Positions 34,584-46,500 of a stretch of 64,000 nt of DNA are shown here, piece by piece. This DNA is from Phoronis australis. Taxonomy: Eukaryota; Animalia; Phoronida. The notes below the pieces were generated by a model. That model did no database searches and was not told the DNA's origin. It was given only the letters and a program-made list of their open reading frames with translations. The first letter of the stretch is position 1. Each line of letters starts with the position of its first letter. The translations under genes were made by a program, and so were the position numbers. Where the stretch lies: the NCBI GenBank assembly GCA_002633005.1, contig NMRA01000005.1:421006-485005 (forward strand), read 5' to 3'.

Positions 34584-37500
34584 CTGAAATAATGGAATGT
34601 TGACTAAGTATTGGGGCAGCGGTAACTTGAACTAAATTACATGTACCTCGCATACAGACGCAGTTTACACCGGTTTGGCAGCAAAATGATGCCAAGTTGT
34701 ATGACGACGTACATATTTTGCAAAGGCCAATGATGATACCTTTAGAAGAACGTGAGACTGATGTGCACCAGATGAGCATGAAACTCAAGCACATGGTGGG
34801 ACTCTGACAGATATCCGGTTGACGCCCACATGAGGATGTTCAATTTTCATATTTCAATTTCTATAAAATTGAAAAATATTATCCAAATTTGCATATGTAG
34901 GATCAAATCAATACACAATTAATGTTTTGTGCGCAATTTCTTTACCTCGCTGTGCAGCTATTGGAACTGGTTTTATTGTAACACGAATCCGACTGAGGAA
35001 ACTTCAAATAGAACAAAAATTTAAGTCAATAAATGGGCGCATTGTTAAAAAATATAAACGATTACGTAATAAATGTCACAGAACGACTTTGTTGTGTTGG
35101 AACCAGTTCACAAGGTATAACTAGCGCACCCTACGACCAGAATCTAGCGCTGACCAGCCAGTGATTTCAGTAGGCTGCATCCGAAACACTAAGTTGGTGG
35201 AGGTTACGTGATTGATATTGGGACTGCCATTTTACAGCTGTGATGCATTTGTTGTTCGTTTGGTATATTCTTATCCGGTTCACCGTCGCGTCTTGTTCAC
35301 TCTGTTTTCGCTACTATCATCGTCTTATGGGACGCCCACATAGTTAGTCAGAAACAACGGTAACAACAACTTCGCCGTATCATCCAGCAAGCAAAAGGCT
35401 TACAAAGAGCGAATGGTTCAGAACTTCAAACGTAGTTTGTATGACAGATGGCTTTTTCAAGGTTCTTGTTAAATATATAATTGCTAAGCAGAGTACGATA
35501 GGACGTGCGCCCGCAAAGTTCTTTTTAGGGAGGCAACTTGACCAGACGTGGCAGGAAAGGTATGAGAGAAGCAGGCGGTTCAGAAGGACTCTGGCACAAA
35601 GTGGTTGAACAAATACCACGATTCCCCCTGCGTGACTTATTTGGCGATGAGTGCATAGCACAAGAGAAACTAGCCCACATCGATTTGACACTCGAGGATT
35701 TTTTGCCCTGTGATATTTCGTATCGTCGGCAAGATCTTCGACTGACTTCCATGTCACCTGTGTGGGAGGACATTCGTTTGCATTTGTTGTTTCCAGTTTT
35801 TGGACATCAACGGCACAATAACACCTAGCTTGAACTAGAAGAGCGTCCTCTAACAGCGATTTATCAATTTCATAGACGGCAATTCTACTGCCAGCAACTG
35901 GCAAAATTTTTCCAAAACGGTGGTCTACCGGACACAGATGGAACAGTTTCACTTGCACTAGAAAATTTAGTTGTTTTACAGTGGCTCCAGTTACCAGCCT
36001 CAGTTAAACAGCGATGTGGGAGAGAATTGCGTAACAAGAACTGACTTCCATTAAGCCTAAAATGTATCACACCCTTGACTGAGACACTCGTTGATTGGAA
36101 CCCGACTGCTCAATCGCCCTCGCGACGTGCACTGGTATAGGCTCTTCCCAATATGTGATGGACTCCCGTCTTTGGCCTCGGCCGCAGACTATTGATGCTG
36201 TTGAATGCACAGTTCGTGTAGTCAACATAACTCCAGAACCTTACCAATTCAGACGACATGAGCAGCACTCTTTGTGCGCCAGTCTTCTTCTAAGCCAACA
36301 CCTAAGCTCATTCCTCAAGTGTTCTTCTCAAACTCCATCTAGTGGCCTGACAACACACCACCTGACAAGGTTTTCAACCCAGAGATTGTTGGCTACAATG
36401 GTTGCCATCAACCACCTCAATGGAAAGCCTTGTACCTTAGTACGCCGACAATAAACTCATCCTCTTACAAAAAAGTCTCAGAAGTTCGAACGTGATGGTG
36501 TCTTTGTTTGCTGGACATGTGTTACTTTTAAATACATCGACCCACCCTTCCCTTTGCAGAAGTCTACTGGCGACCACTGTCTTGCAACTGCCTTTGCTGT
36601 TGTATGAAGCTTCAGGAAGCCACAGCCGTCCTATTCAAAAGTACGTTGACTCCACTCGTATAACATAATCATACTGGACCTGCCCTTTCCCAGATACCGT
36701 TGTGGACACCATCCATGAAGTACTGTGGTGTGTAGACTACATTCCTGGGCGTGCGCGCTTAAAACAGATTCTCCAGGGCATGCTCGACTCACTGATGTGT
36801 CGTGTCTTGGATGACTCCATTCAAGGAATCCTAACGAAACTCCATGATGACCTCTACAGCAGTGCCGATACCTCTGAGCAACTCACTGCCGATGGACGAC
36901 GTATTTTGCATGCTTTCCATCGATGCAATCTCCACTTGTCACCTTGCAAGACAATCATTTGTTCACAGCAAAGTTCGTTCTTGGGTGAATTTGGACCGAG
37001 GACTCTCGGCAAGCTCTCGCCGTATTTCGGCCCTGGAAGCACATCCACCACCTGACACCGTGAAGGTCTGCATTCCTTAACCGGGACTTACAAGTTTCTC
37101 AACCGCGCCCTTCCTCGTTGTTTACTGATGTTTGCTCCACTTGATCACGCAATTGCCGCTTGGCATTCCACAGAGAAGGTCACTCGCTCTGAGACGTCTT
37201 TACAAGATGTTTTAAAACAGTACTTTACCGTTGCATATATTTCCCGGCATTCGTTTTTGATCCTCGAGAACTTCCAACCTCCATTGTCCAGCCCGGAGCA
37301 CATAATCATTACCAGACCTGCACTACACGTACGCTTGACCTCTAATCGTACCGCCAAGTCCTCATGGTTGTTCAACATAACGTTTTCGCCTTGGACTTGA
37401 AAACAGCTGTAAAGTTTTTGTCTTTCTCCATGTGTGCTATTTGGGTGAAATTCCCTGTCGTTCAGTCGTCTGAAGCTCTGCCAGCTGTGTATGGATTAAA

Positions 37501-40500
37501 TTTGCAGCAGGTGTATTAAAGTGCAACAGATATCTGATACTACTTGCACACGAGTGCACTTCTTTGTACTCCGTTAACTCTATTGTTTCCGGCCAGAAAG
37601 ACAGTCATAAGAAATTCCCTTTCCTGTATCTGTTTAAATCTCTATCGAATTTATGGTTACGGTGTAATGTTCACAGTTAATCCCTCCTCTGGATTTATGT
37701 ATCTTCAAGGTGATCCTACTCATCAGCGCCCGGGCTGTCTCTTGACATCGGCCGTGTGAAGAGCATTAACACAAACCCTGCCGCCGAAAGAGTCATTGCT
37801 GAATTCGAAGATGAGCTGCTACGATAAGCAAAGCTGAACACTCGGATCCGAAGCGAGGGTTTCTCTGCATGTGTGCTGTAGACTCGGCTAATTAGCCAAA
37901 TTAATATTGAGCAAACCCCTGACAACTATTATCAGTGTACATCCTCAAAAACACCATCCACGTCAAAGTAACTAAGTCTACAGCGAAAGATCGAAGAACA
38001 GAAAAGGAAACCTTATCATCCCTCATGTTCTACTAGTACTACCTCGTAGACCTGTGTGCTGAACGTGACACGACGTACGCTCGTGGCTGCTTGATTACCG
38101 TATCTACTGATGGGTATAGTGTTTAATCTAGAAGATTGTGGGTTCCTTGTTACAAGGTAAACGTTGTGACTGCTACCATGTTCTTCCTATTCCAACGACA
38201 GAGCAGACACCGTTCTGACGCTTCAGATGACGACGATCCCTCTGAAGAGTTCCAACCTGCTTCGTCATTCAAGCGACGATCACCGACAGGACTACTGCTG
38301 TGCTGAACTCGTCACATCAATAAAAGTACTAATTATGAGTCTATTTCTTTAGATTAAAGCCCTTTGCTAGTAACGAATCTGACACCATTTTCCAACACCA
38401 GGTGGTTTTGTTGCAATCCGTGGTGTGTTTGTCAGGATTGCTCACGAAAGTCATGCACCAACATACCTATAAAAATACTAACCAGCTCAATCGACACTGA
38501 TTTGTGGGCCTATTATGGGGATTCGTGGGCACTTTGGATGTAAACATAGGTCGTTGTTACTAGTGTCACGCTGCGCACTAATGTCTATAAGGCTTATAAA
38601 AGTCCGTGTATGTTATATATGGTACACAAAAATGAAATGCGTTGTAACAAAGAATACTCGGAGCCATAGATTAATTGTTTGAAATCTATGTTACCAGTGA
38701 TTATCCAGGTTTACTAAGATACTTCCTTGGCTATAAATCAGCATGGGAATGGTCATCTAGGTCAAGTGGCGGTCGCAGGGAAGACCGCTTGGTCGATGTC
38801 GACCGCAATTCCGTTTATGTTTTCGAATTTGCTCAGGTGCGTTTTCCAGCTGGGTTACCTCTACGCTTATGAGGAAAAATGATTCCACTGTTTGACCATG
38901 ATGCGTTATTGGTGCCGAGAGAGAGCAACGTCTCCTCATGGGCAATAGGGAAACTGGCTCTTGACTTAAAATCTTGGCCTTAAGTCATTTTACATAAAAC
39001 TAGACCCCCTTTTTTCGTTAAAGGCTGCACAACGTTGTACGGCAACTGGCGAGCATATTGTACCAATTGAGCATCATTTACCAATAAAAACGCGTTTCCT
39101 CCACAACTGGTAAACCCAGAGGTTAACATATGCCATGGCCTGTAACTGCGCAGTTCTTATGGCACATGTGGGAGCCAACTCAAATTCGTTAAAATAACCA
39201 AGGTTGCCAAACGCTAACAAGGTAAGAGTGCTTCGAGGCTTTTCCGGTGGGTCGCTGTAAAGGTCTATACAGCCTGGAAAATGATGCAAAGCTTGAATGA
39301 TATTGCTCGGTGGCAAAATTAACTTGATCTTGTCATTAAGGGTTAGGCCTGTTCAAGCTTAATGAATTTATTTTAGACTTCAGTGATAAATTTGACGAAG
39401 AAATTTCGCCAATAACACCACCGCCTCCAGAATTCTTCAGCGGAGTAATGATCAATGCTTTTATTATTTCACCACCACCTAACCAGACTCCATTGAAACT
39501 ATGCGTAGGCCTACCTTCACAGTATTGGTTCTGGCAGATGCGTGATTCACTTCCGTTGTCCAAGGGACACGGCAGTCCTCCGTATCGAGGTCGTGGTTTA
39601 TTGCAAAGCCGATGCCGTAGCTGTGCCGCTCCAATATACAGGCATTTACAGTCGGTCCACGGTTGCCAACTATTCCACCCTCCGTTAAGCCCTTAGAGAG
39701 AAGTTTATCTAAAGTTTCTGTGGCATATGATTAACGCAAAAGCAAGATTTGTTTTTGGAAGGATTCCATGACACATATTACGAAAGATTTGCACTAAACT
39801 TTACGATCGTACCCTAATGTCGCCCACATTTCGTGAGACATGGAAATTTCCGAGAAACTACATGTACTGTATAAAGAGATTTCACCATTCACCTAGCAAT
39901 GCATACCGCCATAGCAAGTTTTTAGAAATTCCCTTGATTTTTTTACTTATTACGCGCAAATACAGCTTCCTGGAGATATTACGATACGTGCACTTCTATT
40001 TTCAGTAAACAGTTTCACTTCCGAAATCTTACTTGTAGCAACCACTTTGCTTATGTAGTCGCTGTATCGCTTTCCCATAGCAGTCTGGCATATCGTCCTT
40101 ACTTGTACGTTGTATTTTATTCCGGATAACAGTCCAGTAAAGTGCGCCTGTCTGTCTTGGGATTCCTTTACAAACTCGAGCACTTTACCATCATCCAGTA
40201 TACGGGCGTTATACCGCAGCACGCCACCACCTTCCGGAGCCTGCCAGGTGATGGTTATAGACGACGTGCTCGTAATGTGAGCGATCTGGGTCGACTTCCA
40301 CGGACCTGTGAAAGCGTAGGAACTGAAGTCCAGTTATCGATTGCATACTATACGTATTCCGCCGACAGTTAGTGCTAACTATTGGTTGTTCAGGTTTAAA
40401 TGAGCTTCAATAGCACTGCAACACTACCTGCTCAAAAGCACGGGATTATCTTTCATCTGACCAGTGCTGTAGTGGGGCGTAGGCGCACGTAGGCGCAGCC

Positions 40501-43500
40501 AACCACCTTATACCATTTGAACGTAGCGCCTACGCACAGTAAGTTACGTTCAATGCTTAAGGCGATACGGTGTGCTTTGGGTGCCTACTTACCTCGAATT
40601 TTACCACTACAGCACTGCATCTGACGTTCATTTTTTCTACTTTGTTCAGATATTCTATAATCTAGATGTAAAACGTTTCGAGTTCCACCAATAACGATTT
40701 TTTACAAACTGAATTTTTGAAGGACACATAAAAATCGCGTGATGTTTACTAGATTTTGACGACATCCTTATCCAGAGTATGAGAAGACTATGGTAGCTGA
40801 CGTTGTGTTGTAGAGACTGTTGGGGAACTTTAAGTGCAGTACAGCTGCGCAAGCAGTGCCACGAACATTTTTCCATTACAACCTCGAAGGCAACACACGA
40901 TCGAAGTGCAATTTTAGTCAGGCTCTAAGCTAGACCTCCGGGCCCAATTTCTCCTTCTGGTTGAGTCACATTTTTTCTTTCTGATTGTCACACGTTCCCG
41001 AGTCCCTAGTCGCCACATTCTTGTTCGGGTTACCTTTCTGTCACCACAACTTGCGGGTGGGACCTCTGTAACTTCGAAGTGGAGCCCCAAATTTGTGAAA
41101 GCTCTCAGAGGTAGATTATTTATATTATGGATTACCTTCCACTGATGCACTAACCTGATGCGTCTTCAACAAGATCCGACGCATTTTCCTTCCAACCACT
41201 TCGCCAAGTGGACACTGTGAAGTTGTGTAATTCACAAGCTGCGAGGGCGCCGCACATGACGCCAGTCTCTTGTGGTGGAACGTTCAGTACGACACTTCGG
41301 CTGGCTGCCTGATACGTCACTTTATACTTGGTATGGCCACCTATCACCGGCAGCCACGTAACCACGAGTGTTTCTCCGCTTGAGCGGACATGTACGTCTG
41401 ACACTCTTTCAAGCACTGTAGGATACACTGATTGCCAAGTACTGAATGTTGAACCAGAAAGCTTAGATTATCAAGTGAGATCACTTGGTTCATTTGTGCC
41501 TCGGATTGTTCTATAAACATAACTGACGACATCTGACGCCATTACCGTGATAAAGGGACCAACACAACACAGACAATGTGCAAATAGTTACAACAATTAA
41601 AGGGGCATGCCACCCAAAAAAACAACCTAATTTGTATCAGTTTAGATCGAGTAGTTCTACTCCATAACGACACGTGCGGTTGCGTTACCTGACACCTGAC
41701 GGAGGTGTTGAAATTATCCAATTACGTCATCGGTTTCACAAGCGTTCTGTTCAGCAGTTCACAACAGTGTCAGCTTATCGCTTGGAGTCATCGTTTAGCA
41801 CCAATAAATCGTCAAACTGCGATGTAAAACCCTTAAAAATACACCGAGTTCTTACAAAAACGTGTTCTTTTATTTCGTCTTACGGATTTATTGGTATTTG
41901 GACACACTGTAGCCTACAAAGTTCGGCTGGCCAATAAGGTCCGTAGGAGTTTGGGGTGTGTGTCGGAGATAATTTCGAAGTATTTTCCGTGAGATACAGA
42001 CAGGAGAACCTAGATCTGTGTTGTTTAGACTTGTGATTTTCTGAGTTCTAAACACAAAACGCTTGTTATCCTGGCCAGTGTCTCGGAGCCCGATCAGGCC
42101 CTTCGCGGCCGGCCGGATTGACTCGTTATCCCGGCCAGTGGCTCGGAAACTGATCAGAAACCACGAACAAACCATCCAAAGTTCAGTGGAAACTAAACTT
42201 CCAATCAAGAAAAAACTATGCTAGTGAGCCAAAGTAATGTGCACGATGATTATGTTGGTGAATTAGCCACGAAACTGCAAATTTACTTACTCGTCGGGAG
42301 CCGCGAATTCAGTTCCTTTTTGGCCACAGCACCGTCAGGGCAGAAGTTGTACATTGACAATTATTATTTGAGTAATGTAAATGTATAAAAAAGATTCCCC
42401 TAACACCTGGTCGTGGGGTGTAAATCGAGTTGTTTCACAACAGTTTCTGCCAGCAAACACTAAATTAGCATGAGCTCACACGGCCTCGGTGTCCCGTCAA
42501 TTAGTTTTATTGCACCTAAAGCCGGTAACGCAGGTGATTTATTCATTGCTGGCTTCTCAAATCATTTCGTGCACTCACGAACACTCCAAAGGCATTGCAA
42601 ATTGCAACTAATGAGACAGACTTTGTTTCAGTTTTATATAAGTATTGGTTAGGGTGAGAATAATTCATTTTGAAACAGAACGCTCAGTAATAAACGCCAA
42701 CTATGGCAACTCCCAATCCCGACTTAGGACGAGCTAGAGCGGCTCATCAATCCCGACTTCGGAGGTGGATCGTTAAGTCTTACAGGCTATCAATTCGAAC
42801 AGGAATACAGTGATGAAGGAATACTAGAGAGGCGCCGTGAACAAGCTCAGACAACGGAACGTATGGAGTTATTTGGTAAGCCGGCATTCATGAGGCAAGG
42901 CTGTCGACGTCGTCTGCAGGCCACAGACACAGAGATGTTTCACGGCCTCATACTTGCTATTTACAGTGTACATTTCATTCTTTACTACCATGAGCCACTT
43001 CCTAAGCATTTTGGACTCTCGAGGAAGTAAAAAAACGATATACTCGCTTTCCTCGCGGCTGCTTAGTTTGGACAAGCGGGAACGATACACCGCAACATAG
43101 CGGCATTAATTTTCACTCTGCATATGAACCACTGACGTCGCTAGCGTCGTTTCTCACCTTCGTCACAGATTAACGCGACACCTCTTGGCAAGGTAAGGTT
43201 GACCGTATGCGAGGCGATGTGGAAATAGACCGATTAAGACGGCAAAAAAGACTAATTAAATCGGGTGGCATTCGCCTTTAAGCAGTCATAATGTCTCGTT
43301 TCATCACGAAAAACAACTTTCGATTTTATCTTTTTACGGATATGAAATTGATCCAAAAATTCTGAGCCAAATCAGACGGATGGTTTGTTGATTTGAAAAG
43401 AATTGACAACTTGTAATTGCTTGAGACTAGGCTCTAGGAAGTTGTTCGACTGGTCATTTCATGTACTGCGCATGCTTTGTAGCAATGGCCCATTGGCTAA

Positions 43501-46500
43501 CTTTCAGATTCCAGCAATCACTTCTCGTATGTAAGTTGAGGTCAATTTTATGCCGGTAATGTTGAAAGGTCAAAGGTAGTTTCTTGGGCGTAAAGCGGAG
43601 TTATAATCGCTTGAGGTGCCTACAGGAATGTGTCTAAGGAAGATTTCTTTACACACAAATATACCCGTTCCCAGCATATAACGGGTGGGTGCGAAGCTAA
43701 AGGAAGCGGACCAAATCTGGGTAGAGTTCAGTAACGCTAGGATCTCACAAATCCAGCCGAAATCACGTGTTCTTATTTAAAATACACGGCAATATCTCAC
43801 CTTATCTCGCAAAGTCTTGCTTTTCAGCAAGGTCATAAGCGTTACTGAACTCTTCCCCGCGGGACACCAATCGTCGATGTACAGTAAACTACTATCCTCG
43901 TCACGTAAAGAACCCGGTCATGCTTCACGCGACGTTAGGGTAAGGTTTTATTATGCATTGGCCAAAACTATTCACCACAGGAAATGAGCAAAAAAAGAAA
44001 TCTGTACAGTAAACATACACGTGGTGGGAATAGCTCAGCCCGTCTTGTTTTACATGTATCTATTAATGGTTTCTTGTTGCCGTTGGACGTACGCATCGGA
44101 CTGATTCACAATATTTCATGCGCGCACCCAAGGGGGCTCGGAGACAGGGCTCGAACGAGCTATCCATTTGGTGACGTGGGCAAAACGTTCCGCGTCAGAT
44201 AAACAAAAACTCCAAAAAAGTAGAAAACGAGTCCACTAAAATGGTAGGAACCACCAGACTTCGGCGAATTCATGAATCTTAGTAAAGTCTACATGCTCAT
44301 AAATTCGAGCTCCCCATTTTTAAGCTAGGTGCGCGCACGTAGTTGCTACCAAATTTGCCCTTTTGGGGATTTTAGGGCGACCCATCTGATTGTTGTGTAA
44401 CACACGGCTTGAGTACAAGCTGGATTCTTATAACGCGCATGCCCTTCCCATCGTGTGCGCCTTCTTTTTAATTTGACCTGACCACAAAGTTGCCGACAAT
44501 ACTAAAATCGTAGGTTTTTCCGGTTTGCTGTTAGCTGACAATCTTTCTCAAGTACTTTAAAGATATCTGGCAAACAACATCATAAAAGAAAAAAAATTAC
44601 ATCAAAAATATTTTTAGTGAAAGAGCATTACGGAGGTAATTGAAAAAGCATAGGCACAAGTAATATGAATTAAATTTTGACTTGCTAAGGCGGACCCCAA
44701 ATCCCGATGGGGGGGTGCATTTGCTCACCTAAGAGGTAAATCGCACGAGTGCTAAGAATGGTGAATCAGGACACGTGGTCATTGGATGAAACAGAGTTAA
44801 ATTTAGAATTAAGAAAGCACTTAACATGTTTTGGCACGTATGGATGAAGATTCGTTGGCCCACGTGTTCTGTTGAGTCGTCACAGTTACCACGTATTCTG
44901 TCCCTGGCTGTAAGTCATTGCAGGAAACATTGTTGATGGAAGAGCCAACAGTCGTTGAAGTGGACGTCGTATTTAAACCTATTGGTGTACATTTCACTGT
45001 GTATCTCTCGCGCATGCCGCTCGCATGGCTCCAGTTGATTCTGATCGATGTCACGGCTGTTGTCACTTGCATGCCAGACACTCTGCTCAATTCTACAATG
45101 TGTGGGTGTGACGACATTACAGGGGCGGATCCAGGATTTTTAGTCGGGGGGGGGCAGGGCACAGCATCGGCCAGGATTTTGCCCGTTAGACATTCGCAGC
45201 CCCGTATAGCCAAATGGAATCTGCGAGAAATTTAGGGGGGCCATGGCCCCCTTGGCCCCCCTCTAAATCCGCCACTGCATTAGTTCTTACTTTGGCACAA
45301 CGTTTTGGTTCGTCATTTCTTCGACTATATTCAGGTGTGGCAGCGTTGATAAAAGAACGAGCACGTGTCCTTGGTACATTCATGCAAGCCAAAGGAGGAC
45401 ACTGTTTCTCATTTTGAGTAGTTTTACCTTGGGTAGAGGTATGATAAGAAACGAAAACCTCTAGGGAGTTTGAATATGATGAAAGTCAGAGCCTTCATGT
45501 GCGTAATGACGCACGAAACAAAATTGTGGAAACCGCTTTTTGTCGTCTCAAATTCAAAAGCCTTACAGTCATTCAGTTTGGCTCCCGTACAGGGGCAGGA
45601 AAAGATTCACAGCGAGCCTACAAAAATTCTAAAATCTCTTGACCAATTCACAGCAACCTATAGCCTATTTACATTGACTGACACGACGTTGAGTTAGGTC
45701 ATTTCTCTGTCCATTTCTCATTATGTGTTAAGCATTCTTAGAATGACTCGTGGTGGGCAATTTAGTTATACAGGTGTGTTTTCAGTGGTCCAGATCGAGC
45801 TGCAATCTCTGGGCCACTGTGTCATCCATTAACGTCGAGGGAAATTTGCTGTAATTATATTTTCCTTATTAGCTGTCAGTCAGGTGTTCATTATCTCAAT
45901 AAGATATTTAGTACTGACCAATGTATGTGAGCGTTGATCAGAAACTTCAACAAAACGATGCGGGAACTTTTATCGATGCGTCGGTCGCCATTTTGTCACC
46001 GTCGAACGTAATGTCTCTTTGCAAAGTAAATAGCTACTTGAAATCAAAACAGGAAGATGGAAATCCACTGAAATTGTGTAGATGATCACATGGTCCTTCA
46101 GTGGCAGAAGACTGGATGGAAACGGATAAGCTAATTCAACATCCAGCCTTGCTGACCAATCACTTCAATGGGCATAACTTTGCCTGTGTACGAGTACTCG
46201 GGGATCACTAGCCGTTCAGTCACGTGATATTGCCAGGTTTGTCTGACATTCATCTCGAAACGTTTTCCGTGGAGCACAAAGTAAAAATCTTACATCTTTG
46301 AACACTTTTTTGTCCAGTGTCTCAAAAAGACGGTATTCCACAACACTGAAAAGCGTCAGGCTCCAATCCAGGCCTCATGAGCCCCAGAACAGATCTATTA
46401 TTAGAGCTCCCGAGGCTTGATTAAGCATGGTCATATCTGAACGTACATGTAAACAATGGTAAGCAACTCACGCCTAACCTTTCGAGAAAATAACGTTCAC

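Noticed and set aside
34584-34794. N-terminal extension (MCLSFMLIWC...) of the 459-aa ORF as the signal peptide of a stand-alone gene
   Set aside because: A good phase-1 acceptor at 34584-34585 links the TSP1 exon to upstream exons, so the extension is probably intronic
38675-38872. Plus-strand exon-like ORF (YPGLLRYFLGYKSAWEW...)
   Set aside because: No partner exons or recognisable homology
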